Below are positions 10,885 through 22,811 of a DNA stretch of 64,000 nucleotides, piece after piece. The notes below the pieces were generated by a model. That model had not been told where the DNA came from and did not search any database. It saw only the letters and a list, made by a program, of their open reading frames with translations. A program made the position numbers and the translations under genes. Source of the DNA: Centroscyllium fabricii. Lineage: Eukaryota. How positions within the stretch are numbered: the first letter of the stretch is position 1; each line of letters starts with the position of its first letter. The DNA lies in NCBI GenBank assembly GCA_051313645.2, contig JBNRSN020000008.1, forward strand, positions 191,456,001-191,520,000. Reading direction: 5' to 3'.

Positions 10885-11200
10885 AGTGACCACTGGTTCA
10901 GTGGTAGTATTCCTGCCTGAGTCAGAAGGATTGGGTTTGGGCCCCACTATGGACAACTCTGGTGAGCGTAGCACTGGGACTCTGAATACTGGGTTGGCAT
11001 CCAGCAGGGGTACTTGAGTCCGATGTGTGCGGGTGCCCCTCTACATCGTAAAAAGGTCGGTGGGGCTCTTTAGTGTTGGTTGCAATGCAGCCCACCTCGG
11101 AAGACAATGACCCGTGAGGAAGGCAACAGGAAACCAGCTGAGCTACTCTCTCCGAGCAAGTGGCTGAACAATCTCATGTGCGTGACTCCAGTTAGGACCT
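10885..11200 (+). mobile_element. Old tRNA-derived SINE with an RTE-like tail (putative)
   Basis: Degenerate A-box head (TGGTTCAGTGGTAG) and GAGGAAGGCAACAGGAAACCA, which resembles RTE-associated SINE 3' ends. Confidence 0.35.
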
Positions 11201-12748
11201 GCTCTAGGGCAGAACATTCACAATTAGAAGTTTTAATTAATTCCAAAATCCTGAAAACAATTAAGATAAAGATTAAAATAAAGATGTCTGTCTTTGCAGT
11301 CTGTTAAGCATGACCTGGGCGGAATGCACAAGGGAAAATCTGGCAGAGAGGATTGCATGTCTCTCAGAGCCAACTGGATTTTTTCTTTTGATTTCTTACA
11401 ATAAAAGGAAATTTAGCCAGGTTCCGTTACTGGCATACAATCCTCCCCACCAGATTTTCCTTTCTGCTCTCCGTCCAAACAATGTTCAGCGTCGGGTGGG
11501 AAAGATGAAAATCTTCACCAATATGTCAATATTGTAAAATGGTCAAAGTTAAACCAATAAACTTTTATCGGCGTGTTATAAAAAGTTCTATAGTCTTTCA
11601 CTTTCTGATGTTAACAGGCAATCCATTTTTGTATATGTAACTTTTTTTTAAATCCTAGTATTCATTACTCATTTTCATTGAAGTTATTTTGTTCTATAAA
11701 ATCACAAGTAAATGTCTGATACTGTAGTGCAGCCCATACACACTGCAAAATAATCACCCTGTTCCCACTTTTGTAAATGCCACTCTGTTAACTGTTCATC
11801 AAAATGAGTCTTATCACCTTCTTGTTTATTACTGGAATCGTTGGCAAAATGTCAATTTTAAATGATTTCATTCATGTTGTGGTAACTAAAACATTTTAGT
11901 CTGCTTTTGTTCACAGTACGTATTGTCCAAATTATACATTTTGTACTACAGTGTACTTGGATGAACTTCTCTGAATGGGTATGCCTGAGATAAGTGTGCA
12001 GGAAGAAGCTGTAGTTACGAGGGATGCACTGTGTTGTAGGTTAATTTTTCAAACTAAATCACCCTAAACAACTACAGACTCCCTTCATCTGCATTATCAA
12101 CATCATATACATTGACTTGGAGAGAAACAATCTTATTGTAGTCTTACACACAATAGACTGTTAGAATGGGTCCCTACAGTCTTTGGGACTTGTTCCAATT
12201 CTTTAATCAAGTTGCGAGGATGTCAGTTAAATCTTTAAATAAACAGGGTGAGGGTTATGTTATAATCTATTTCTATGGATCACAAATGACTTTTGCGACT
12301 TGAATCCATTTTGTGTTTCTTACACAGTGGATTACTTTTTGCAATGCGCCATTGTGTTATCGATGAAGTAATTTGTTTAATCTCTGTCTCTAAACTGTGT
12401 GACCAGGAAAGACTGGACCTTGTATTTTAATAATTGCATTAAATACTATCATTTCAAAATACAACTTAACGACTTACAGTTGAAGAAAGGGACAAATGTC
12501 ACCTTCAATAAAAACTTTCTAAACATTGACTTGGTGGAACGATCCATTTCCATACTGCATTTAAGTTAATGTCACATATTCTGGGCATTCTTTAAAAGGC
12601 ACACCTAATATCTAATGCGATCAAGCAGCTTTTAAACGTTGTATGCTCATACAAGAGGGACGATTGTCCCTCCTACTCTTACTAATAAACCACAAGACTG
12701 CATTTCCTTGAGGATTACTAAAGATAATTTTTCAAAGTCGAAAATACC

Positions 12749-12966
12749 TCAAAACAAGGCGGTTGAGTCCTGGCTGTGCGTGGTGCTTATCCCTGCGTCA
12801 GAGTCGGTGTTGTTCACATCAGAAGGGGAGGGACGATCTGAGCGACTCCCAGATTTCTTTACACTCTTTTGCAGCAAACTACACTTGTCCAAATCCTTAC
12901 AAATCCCAGTCCCCGGGACTTCACTCTCCCCAGCCTCTGGAAAGTGCAGTAACTTCAGTTGTTCGA
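12749..12966 (-). CDS. Candidate terminal coding exon of an unidentified gene
   Basis: Pyrimidine tract and AG (TTCCTTCATCTTCACTTAG) followed by the open frame EQLKLLHFPEAGESEVPG...DSDAGISTTHSQDSTALF*. About 1.5 kb of repeat-free AT-rich sequence follows on that strand. No homolog recognised. Confidence 0.3.
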
Positions 12967-13387
12967 CTAAGTGAAGATGAAGGAATCGGCGCCTGCGCAC
13001 TGAAGTCCGCTCTCCCGTGCGCCTTGAGAGCTGGATCCCAGGAGCTCCTGTGGGACTGTGCGGCCTGCAACCCGTGGAGCGCAGCACCCACGAGATAGCT
13101 GCGTGGCCGCACACGTGCGCAGCTTAGGGAGAACAGTTGTTGAGTCCCAGGGCCGCCTGCCGTTCAAATGTGCTCTTCCTTTTGAAAAGCTTTAACCAAC
13201 CCATTAGATGGGGGAGTCACAAGTTGGAGGGGGAGGGGCAATATTTTAGGTGGGGCAGAGCGAGACAAATCACAATCGTCCATTTTGGTCACTGCACCAA
13301 AGTAACAAATAAAGGTGATCAAACGCACCCTGGAGCATGATAGTTCCTGTGCTGTGGGCACCATGGAAGTACCATGCCAAGAAAAGC

Positions 13388-13782
13388 AGGTGGCACGGTG
13401 GCATAGTGGTTAGCACTGTTGCCTCACAGCACTGGAGACCCGGGTTGAAATCCAGCCTCGGGTACCATCTGTGTGGAGTTTGCACATTCTCCCCGTGTCT
13501 GCGTGGGTTTCCTCCGGGTGCTCCGGTTTCCTCCCATAGTCCAAAGATGTGCGGGTTAGGTTGATTGGCCATGATAAATTGACCCTTCCTGTTAGAGTGA
13601 TTGAATATGTGGGGTTACGGAGATAGGGTGGGATATGTGTTGGTGCAGGCTCGATGGGGATGTGGGGAGAGGGCAGGGGCGGGGTGCTGGGTTTGGATGA
13701 TCAACCATGATCTCATTGAATGGCGGAGCAGGCTCGAAGGGCCGAATGGCCTACTCCTGCTCCTATCTTCTATGTTTCTATG
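13388..13782 (+). mobile_element. HE1-like V-SINE, long-tail form
   Basis: Head, V-domain and tail as in the other copies. Confidence 0.92.
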
Positions 13783-15797
13783 TCTATTGTGGTTAGTTGG
13801 ATATTCTGAAACTTTTCTTCATTTACTATTGCTAATTGAGGGAGGAGATGACAACAAATTTAGCAGAATATTTCCAATTTTTTTTTTTAAACGGAAGTGA
13901 AAAAGCCCGAGGCCTACAACACACAGCTCAAGAAGGATCTTTGAAGGAAAATTGTACAGCAGGACAGGGAAAATAGGAGCCAATGGAGTGGAGATGAAAG
14001 GAAAACATCTGCACTACGGGAGAAAGTCAGAATAATGTTAAATTTTAAAAAACCTAAAAGGACTTCCAAGGAAATGGTCACAACACCTTTTGATTCAAGG
14101 AGCTGATATTGGTCTTAAGTGGCTCCAGATAAGCAAGATAGTTCAACAGCTGAGTGGCCATGTAATTGTGGTGTAGCTTTGCTTGTCTCAAACACTGAGG
14201 GTCATTCGAGCCCCCTGATGAACAGTGCTGACTGGTGCTCTTAACTCACTAAACGTACAACTGCCAGCATCAATCACGTCTTGAGTGAGCTTAGTGCCAA
14301 GTTCCAACAGTGCTGCTGCCAACCTCTTCTGGTTTGTCTCCTTACCTTGCAGAATGGAAACTCCCCATTTTGTCCTTGTACGGTGAAAATAATCATAGGA
14401 ATCTGTTGCAAAGGCCAATCAGTGTCCTGGTATGGCGACCTTTACATTTAAAGCATTTATTTTTAATACACGAGGAAGGAAAAAGATGGAGTGCATCTTA
14501 ACATTAAGTGGGACACGTCAGGGAAGAAGGCAGCCAGCTATCTAGCCTAAAGCACAGACCTGTAATAAGAGCTCTCCCTCTGGCAGAACTCCGTCCGCCA
14601 ATCCCGACACTTTCCTGTTGCCGTGGTTACCATTTCCGTCGGCTATCTTGTTACAGCTGTGGTTCTTGAAGGCAACTGCAATGAAGCACAGTAATGGGTT
14701 TAGCACAAACATAATATTTACAAAAGCACTGCTGTGCACGTCAAAATCTTTCAGTCCATTGGGTTTTGCACACCATGCAGTTTGCTGTGAGTGACAGCAA
14801 TGCATACATCTTCTCCCAAGGATTAATCTGAAATCTAGAGGTGTGTTCATTACAACTTAAACTCAAATGGGGCCTACAGGCAACTGTACTGTGCGACATG
14901 GAGTAGGCAGACAGGAGTTACACTGTCGGCTCCACACCGCCCTCACCTAGTAAGAGCGTAGTTCGGAGAAGCCGCGCTTGTACCTGCCCACCAGCTTCCC
15001 ATTGTCAGCTGGATTGTAATGTTGGCAGGATTGGCACTTCTCTGCCAGTATTAGAAAGATTCAAACTAAGTTGGAAGACTGCTGAATGGCAAAGACAACT
15101 CCTGACTTATACTACCATTAATTCACTTTATTTTATTGCATTGGTTGCAACAGAAGGTTTCCTGTATAGCATAATTGCAAATCTAAATAAACTGTATACA
15201 ATTTCATTAGAAATAGCGCCCAGAGAAAACCTCCCCACCCCCAATATGTTGGTGTATATTGCATGGTCTGGTTGGTACATTGTGGTAGTGAGCAAGCTTT
15301 ACTGAGTGGCTGGGGCAGTGGACAACCCTGGCGGCCGATTCCAGAGAGTGACACGGACAGTGACGCTCGTGTGAACTGTGGGTGATTCCGGTTCTGTGTC
15401 ACTGTGCACCTGAAACCCCTCTGAACCCCTGCAAAACCAGTATAACTGGACCGCAACAAAGCTGAAATGTGCAAGGATCTCCCCCAAGTTGGTTTTATTG
15501 AAGATCCTGCTTTCTGTAAAATTCATAGTGCCTGAAGTACACACACACCCATTTTCCTGACAAACTGACTTTCAAATCCAACAAAAATGAAATGTGTACA
15601 ACTTCATTTTTTATGTATTTCAGTCTGGTTTAACAGTCGTTTCCCAGGGGGGTGGGGAATCCAGTATTAACCATTAAAGGGGCACTGTCCTCATGAAAAA
15701 GTGCTTGGCATATCTTTCTTCAGTGATTTACAAATCTTGTTGAAAAGCATGATCCTATTATTAGTGCATCATGAAAGAGACTCACCCCTTTCCCACT

Positions 15798-16191
15798 ATA
15801 GAAACATAGAAGATAGGAGCAGGAGTAGGCCATTCGGCCCTTCGAGCCTGCTCCGCCATTCAATAAGATCATGGCTGATCATCCAAACCCAGTACCCTGT
15901 CCCTGCCTTGTCCCCATATCCCTCGATCCCTATCGAGCCTGCACCGACACATATCCCACCCTATCCTTGCAACCGCACATATTCAATCCCTCTAACAGGA
16001 AGGGTCAATTTATCATGGCCAATCAACCTAACCCGCACATCTTTGGACTGTGGGAGGAAACCGGAGCACCCGGAGGAAACCCACGCAGACACGGTGAGAA
16101 TGCGCAAACTCCACACAGATAGCCACCCGAGGCTGGATTTGAACCCGGGTCTCTAGTGCTGTGAGGCAACAGTGCTAACCACTATGCCACC
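15798..16191 (-). mobile_element. HE1-like V-SINE, long-tail form
   Basis: Reverse complement of the full head, V-domain and tail. Confidence 0.92.
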
Positions 16192-16679
16192 CCTATAGTC
16201 TCTATCTATGCTAGTCTCTCTTTTTTCTTGATTTATAGAAATAGTAATGGGTAGATAGTAAGATGTACTGCAAACTATCTACTCTGAGAAAGCTTATATA
16301 AAACTTGGAATTGTGAGAAATCAAAATACTTCCAAGGTTAGTCATCTTTTCTGCTTTATTGCGTATAAGTGCACGCAAGCAGCCAGAAAGGCCCCAGAGT
16401 CCGTCTCGTCACAGCATCTAGCTATTTAAATAATTCCAGATTCTGCCTCTACTACCAGATTCCATTCCATGTGTTGATTACTCTTTGTATGAAGACCAAG
16501 TTCTTGACACTGCTTCTAAATTTGACGTTCATGAGTTTCAATCTATGCCCCCTTGTCATAGATTCATCGGCTTGTACAGCACAAAAGGCAGCCATCTTTC
16601 CCACAACTCCATGTTTGAATCCCTCCAATCAGGTTTCCACCGCTGCCACAGGACAGAAACTGCTCTCATCAAAGTCACA

Positions 16680-16749
16680 TTTCGTTGTTCATGTACTTGT
16701 ACATTGTATAATGACAATAAAGTTGAATTATTATTATTATTATTATTAT
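16680..16749 (+). mobile_element. Rex1/Babar-type 3' end with a (TTA)n tail, inserted in L2
   Basis: TTTCGTTG...AATGACAATAAA resembles the end at 54440-54498; it interrupts the L2 LIKVT|NDIL motif. Confidence 0.55.
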
Positions 16750-17594
16750 ATGACATCCTTTGTGACTGTAACAAAGGTAAACTATCCCTACTCATCCTTC
16801 TTGACTTGTCTGCAGCCGTTGACAACGGTTGACCACTCCATCGTTCTCCAACACCTCTCCACCGTCGTCCAGCTGGGTGGGACTGCACTCGCCCGGTTCC
16901 ATTCTTATCTATCTCATCGTAGCTAGAGAATCACCTGCAATGGCTTCACTTCCTGATCCTGCATCGTTACCTCTGGTGTCCCCCAAGGATCTATCCTTGG
17001 CCCCATCCTATTCCTCATCTACATGCTGCCCCTTGGCGACATCATCTGAAAACACAGCATCAGTTTCCACATGTACGCTGGTGACACCCAGCTCTACCTC
17101 TCCACCACTTCTCTCGACCCCGCCATGGTGTCTAAATTATCAGACTGCTTGTCCGACATCCAGTTCTAGATGAGCAGAAACTTTCTCCAATTAAATATTG
17201 GGTAGACCAAAGCCATTGTTTTCGGTCCCCGCCACAAACTCCGTTCCCTAGCCACTGACTCCATCCCTCGCCCTAACAATCTGTCCGAGGCTGAACCACA
17301 GTTCGCAACTTTGGTGTCATATTTGATCTTCTGCGGCATAACTAAGACCACCTATTTCCATCTCCTTAACATTGCCCATCTCCGCCCTTGCCTCAGCTCA
17401 TCCGCTGCTGAAACCCTCATCCATGCCTTTGTTACCTCTAGACTTGACTATTCCAACGCACTCCTGGCTGGCCTCCCACATTCCACCCTACGTAAACTTG
17501 AGGTCATCCAAAACACGGCTGTTTGTACCCTAGCTCACACCAAGTCCCGTTCACCCATCATCCGGATAAACAGCACCTCGATTTCAAAATTATC

Positions 17595-18381
17595 GGCCCA
17601 AAAATTAGCCTTGGAACCTTGCCGCGAGTGCAAGCTTCAAACCTACACTTATGCAGCGCACCTGCCGTTGTTCTCTTCTGGGATTTGAACTCCCGATTCT
17701 CTGGCCGGCTCCAAGCTCCACGTGCCGTGCTGAGGCAACTCAGTGTCGTAGTTAGTTGGGAAGCTCCGCGCGGGACCACGTGGTCCACAGGGAGCCAACC
17801 ACTAACAAGGATCCTCCATTCATAACTTTGACAGACAGATCTGTCAAAGTTATGAAATGCAAGAGCCCCAAAAACACACCAAACAATAAAATAAATTTAA
17901 AAGAAGCACCACATTTTTTAACATTACTATCACTAACAAAAATTACCTATTTTAAGCAAAAACTAAAAATTTTGTAAAAATATTTAATGTTTTTAACTGG
18001 GCCAAAAAACTACTTACCTTTGTTTAAATTATTTAGAAATAAAAAACCTGTGAAAGAAATACATACATTGAATAAAATAGAGCTTACCTGCTAAAAATGG
18101 GTAGTTATCTTTTCCGATACTTACCCTGATAAAAAAACTTCCAAAAAAATCCCGTTGTGTGACTTCTTGGATTTGTCCCCCCAAAAAATCGGAAGTACAC
18201 TGCGCACCAGGCCAATGTGCTCCGGCTCTTGGACCCGCCCCCGCAGAGCCGGCATCGGAAGCACTGGTTCTGTGCGCATGCTCGGTGCACGCACAGAACC
18301 AGCACTTCCGAGGGCCGCACGCATGAGTACCCGCTCCGTACTCACGTGTTTGGCCTCGGGGGCCATCGGAAAATCCGGCCC
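17595..18381 (-). mobile_element. Harbinger-type non-autonomous DNA element inserted in L2
   Basis: Ends GGCCCAAAAATTAGCC...GGAAAATCCGGCCC. Homologous in reverse orientation to 46272-47017. The L2 sequence resumes on both sides. Confidence 0.7.
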
Positions 18382-18572
18382 AATATCTTTGTTTGCAAAT
18401 CCCTCCCCATCGCTAATATCCTCCAGCCCCACAACACCACACTACCCCTCTCCCTCCCCCCCGATATCTGTGCTCCTCTAATTCTGCCCTCTCTGATTAT
18501 AATTGCTCGACCATTGGTGGCTGCGCCTTCTGTTGCCCAAGCCCTAAGCTCTGGAATTCCCTGCCTAAGCCT

Positions 18573-18905
18573 CATAGTTGATCTGTATCTTAACTCAATC
18601 TACCCACCTTGGTTCCGTAACCCTTAATACCCTCTTGCCTAATTTTTTTTTATCAATCTCAGTTTTGAATCTTTCAATTGACCCCCAGCCTTAACAGCTT
18701 TTTGGGGGGAGTGTTCCACATTTCCACTGCCCTTTGTGGGAAGAAGTGTTTTCTGATAACACTCCTGAACAGCCTAGCTCTAATTTCTAAATTATGCTCC
18801 TTGTTCTGGATTTCCCCCCCCCCCCCCACCAGAGGAAATAGTTTCTCTCTATCTACTCTTTTAATCATCTTAAAACATCACCCCTTAATCTTCTATACAC
18901 AAGGG
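18573..18905 (-). mobile_element. CR1 LINE 3' fragment
   Basis: ORF 18674..18868 contains RVDREKLFPLV..HNLEIRARLFRSVIRKHFFPQRAVEMWN. Confidence 0.75.
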
Positions 18906-18944
18906 AATACGAGTCACTGGTTCATCCTATTCAATACTGTATGG

Positions 18945-19128
18945 CCAATTGACGTCTTCAGTGACACCTTGTTAACAATAACTTCAGAGACATAATCGGA
19001 CAACAAAGAGCCAAAGGAGGAGATATTAGTAGGGGTGACCAAAAGCTTGGTGAGACCGGTGTTTTTTTTTTAAAGCAGGGCCTTAAAGTATAAGAGGGAG
19101 GCGTGGAAGTTTAGGGAGGGAATTCCAA
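18945..19128 (-). mobile_element. L2 3' UTR fragment
   Basis: Similar to the fragment at 45600-45730. Confidence 0.55.
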
Positions 19129-19306
19129 CACTTGGAACTCAATGAGCTCTACTGTAAAGGCTGCACAGCATTAGTAATCCGGTTTGCATCCGATTAGCAA
19201 ATTCCAAGAATGGCAGTAAAGAGAGTAACGCTCTCCCCGTCAGTCAGTCAGTCATTGCTTTTACCAACTGAGCTATTTAGCAGGCTTAAAATGAGTTTAT
19301 GACTGG

Positions 19307-19740
19307 AGATTAGGCACTCTACAGCCCTCTGGATTAAACATAGAGTTCAACAATTTTAGATCATAACCTCGGCCCCTATCACATATATATATATATATAT
19401 TCTCTCTTTTTTCAATCCACACTTTCATCTGGGCTTTTTTCTTTTCTCTGCCAGAGCCGTTCACACCTCCTCCTTGAATTTCTCTCAATGTCTCTTAATC
19501 TCCCCTCCCTTCTATCCTGTCGCTGACCTTCCCTTTTGTTCTTTCAGCCCCCCCCCCCCTTTCCCCAGCCCCCGCTTGCTTTAAAATCTATCCCCTCTCC
19601 TGGTTTCTCCAGTTCTGACGAAAGGTCATCGACCTGAAACGTTAACTCTGTTTCTCTCTCCACCGATGCTGCCTGGCCTGCTGAGTTTTTCCAGCGTTTT
19701 CTGTGGTTATTTCGGATTTCCAGCATCCGCAGTTTGCTAT
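19307..19740 (+). mobile_element. Penelope-like element 3' end (GIY-YIG ORF tail plus pLTR)
   Basis: 19307-19366 encodes RLGTLQPSGLNIEFNNFRS*, a typical PLE ORF C-terminus. A pyrimidine-rich tract and a hammerhead-containing end follow. Confidence 0.8.
19611..19647 (+). ncRNA. Minimal type I hammerhead ribozyme motif (PLE-associated)
   Basis: AGUU-CUGACGA-A-AGGUC-AUC-GACCU-GAAA-CG-UU-AACU. Both core boxes are present, with helix I AGUU/AACU, helix II AGGUC/GACCU and palindromic AACGUU for a dimeric helix III. Confidence 0.7.
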
Positions 19741-20869
19741 TGTTAAACTGAGTATACCCTGGTGCTAAGGAAGCAATTTTAATTAGTCTTGCTGTTGAAC
19801 GGTCTGTCGCTATCCCATCTGATTTCAGGAGGGAATGTGGAGGAAATTCCAGCCAGACAAGTTTATAAAGGCTGTATATACCAAACAATTTTGGAGAGAG
19901 ATTGTATTAATCAACTCCTCAAAAATAAACAATAAATTAACACAATCTCTGCCATAAATATCTGTTGTATTAGTTCTATAATCACTTGTTCACCTATTGA
20001 TCAATAAATTTGTCTCATAGTTGAAGTCGTAAACACGGTCTGAAGTTGTGATGCAGGAAGGTTTTCGGTTTGTTAATCTGAGCATGCCATCTGAAACTTT
20101 CTACAGCTATCAGGACCAGTGAAAATACCGGAGACTGTAGACAGGTAAGATTTACTGATGAGAGGAATTTACAATCCAGAAGACAAAGTATCTACAATAA
20201 GAGGGGCGGGAAAGACAAAACCTTAACAGCAAAATCATCTGTAATCTGGTGGTAAAGCACGTATATCCTATCAAACAAATCTTGCAGTGTGTCAATGCAC
20301 GGAGGGTTGCAGGAGAAACCGTTGGGCCAAATGGCCTGTTTCTGTGCCGTGTATCCTATCCTATGTAAACTCCTGCTGTGTATGCAGGAAGGTGATGGGT
20401 GCACTGCAGGTACGAGAGGGTGGAGGGGCTGTGCTTATGGTCAGATGTCTGAAGCGCGATGAGCAGCCTTTAACATTGTGCAGCCCCCACCCAATCCCAC
20501 TTCAAATGCATTTCACTGCCTGCAATCTGCTCTGCTGTTCATTATCCGTGTCTTAAATGTACTCTTTTCAATGTAGCCAAAATACACAGATTGCCCTTGT
20601 AAAAGCATTTTCTCATACATGTCTTGCACAGCTTGGGAAGAGTGAAAATGGATCCAGCCATACTCAATTATTTAAGCCGAGACTCCTCCCCCCCACCTCA
20701 ACTACAGATCTTAAAAGCTTCAAGCACGAGCGGTTTCCTTCTAGTTTTGCAGGCACCGACTGATGCTGGGGTGCGGGGCTACGGGAGCCTGCAGCCCTCG
20801 GATACCTCGCGCAAGTGCCCATTCGTCACGTGTGAATCTGGAGGTCAACCCTCCACCCAGCCTGAGTGC

Positions 20870-21090
20870 TGCATTGTCAAAGTGGCTGCCTGTCTGTCAG
20901 CTGAGATGTTACGCTGAGGCTCCGTCTGTCTGTTCAGGAGGTGCAAAAGATCGCCAGGCACTACTGGAAAAACAGCTGGAGAGTTCTCCCCGTGACCTGG
21001 CCGACATCTGACCCTCAATCAGCTGCACCAGAAAGTGATTGTTGGCTGGACTGTGTTACGCACAAATTGGTTGCTGCATTCACATACATA
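20870..21090 (+). mobile_element. Old Deu-SINE fragment
   Basis: Degenerate match to the body of 58076-58500. Confidence 0.5.
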
Positions 21091-21114
21091 ACAGAGCTTG
21101 CGTTTCAAAAATAG

Positions 21115-21504
21115 ACAAAGACTTGCATTTATACAGCACCTTTCACGACCATCAGACACCCCAAAGCGCTTTACAGCCAATGAAGTCCTTTTTTGAAGTG
21201 TAGTCACTGTTGTTATGTGGGAAATGCGGAGCTAATCTGCACACAGCAAGCTCCCACAAACAGCAATGTGATAATGACCAGATAATCTGTTTCAGTGATG
21301 CTGATTGAGGGATAAATTGGCCAAGACACCCAGGGAGAACTCCGCTGCACTTCTTCAATATAATGCCGTGGGATCGTTTGCGTCCACCTGAGAGAGCCGA
21401 CAGGGCCTCGGTTTAACGTCTCACCCAAAACAACATTGGAGTGGGACTCGAACCCACAACCTTCTAACTCAAAGGCGAGAGTGCTGCCCACTGAGCCACG
21501 GCCA
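21115..21504 (-). mobile_element. Deu-SINE (SacSINE1-like)
   Basis: tRNA-like head, Deu domain and L2-like tail GGTGCTGTATAAATGCAAGTCTTT on the minus strand. Confidence 0.8.
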
Positions 21505-21641
21505 ACACCAGTGCTACTTCCCTGGGAGGTGATCTGAACTAAACTGAAATAATGAAAGCCTATGCCATTCCCAACGTTTTGCTATTTAGAAAGCAGTCCT
21601 ATCAACTGGCCTGCTGACTGGCTGAATAAAGACACCGTCTG

Positions 21642-21873
21642 GTGTAGCACTACACCGCACAGGCCAGCAAGTGTAGCCCTACACCACACAGGCCAGCAAG
21701 TGTAGCCCTACACCGCACAGGCCAGCAAGTGTAGCCCTACACCGCACAGGCCAGCAAGTGTAGCCCTACACCACACAGGCCAGCAAGTGTAGCCCTACAC
21801 CGCACAGGCCAGCAAGTGTAGCCCTACACCGCACAGGCCAGCAAGTGTAGCCCTGCACCACAGGCCAGCAAGT
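21642..21873. repeat. Minisatellite, 29-bp unit GTGTAGCCCTACACCGCACAGGCCAGCAA, about 8 copies
   Basis: Near-identical head-to-tail units. Confidence 0.95.
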
Positions 21874-22811
21874 CCCTATGTAAATGCCAGTTATTGTTTT
21901 CTTTCTTTTCCCAATGCCAAACGAATGCAGCAAGTCATAAAGAGAAAAGCATCTGATGATGTTAATTAAACATCTGAAGGAGAACATCGCTGAAGTGAAA
22001 TCATTTACTGGAATAAATCCCGATGGCTGGATTCCGATTTTGAATCTGATTCACCCGCCATTTTTAAAATGGCTGCATCATCAGGAGAGGTGCTATACAA
22101 CCGTCTCCCAGGGCTTCCCTCAACAACAGCAACATAACTCGCTCTGTTCAAATTTTAGAACAGCGCAAAATTAACTTTAAGGATGTGAAATAAGGTTCAA
22201 TACAGAGGTGTCAAGGCTATCCTCAAAAACAACAAATAAAGAGTGATCTGAGCCGGATTTGAGGTCTTCTCCTGGACCTAGGTTCAAATCCAGCCCAAGC
22301 ATCTGGCCCACAAGTCTCTACCTAGGTCCTGTGTAGGGTTAGTCCGACTCTGTAAATGACCCATGCTACCCCTGACCCTAACCTGGAAACTCTCGGTGGC
22401 CACTCTGGAAGCAAAATGTTGGAAAAAAGGTTTCATTTCTGAGGAACGGACATCCTTTACCTTGATGGGAATAAAGTTCATCCAAAGAAATGGGAGGGTG
22501 GCGAGGTGGAGTTTCCCTTCTATGAACCCATGCTTGGCAACCTTTACGTTACAATGAAACCCTGTGTGAGCATTACTGCCACTTCAGTTGGTCGGTTTCC
22601 TCTATCATCTGCTGGACAGATGGGACTTGTTGACAGAGCAGATTATGCTGCTGGTATCTCTCACATGGCTCCTGAACATTACAGGGATTTATTCAGTTGA
22701 GAACAGACCCAACCCAATTGGGATGATTGGCAGGGTAATATATAAAGCACAGAGTCTCCAACTGTACACAATACCAAATAAGATGTACTTCGTTGCTGTT
22801 ATATTCCTGTT

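Larger units (their letters stand above)
16595..18572 (+). mobile_element. L2 LINE RT/3' fragment with nested insertions
   Basis: [64 protein letters not shown] (L2 ORF2 motifs). Confidence 0.9.

Noticed and set aside
20107-20144. 38-nt plus-strand micro-exon (TTTCTACAG|...CAG|GTAAGA)
   Set aside because: The splice signals are good, but there are no partner exons or recognisable peptide; plausible by chance in 64 kb
21642-21873. CRISPR-like array of 29-bp repeats (also the 32-bp array at 30345-30922)
   Set aside because: Units are head-to-tail with no unique spacers, there are no cas genes, and the context is eukaryotic
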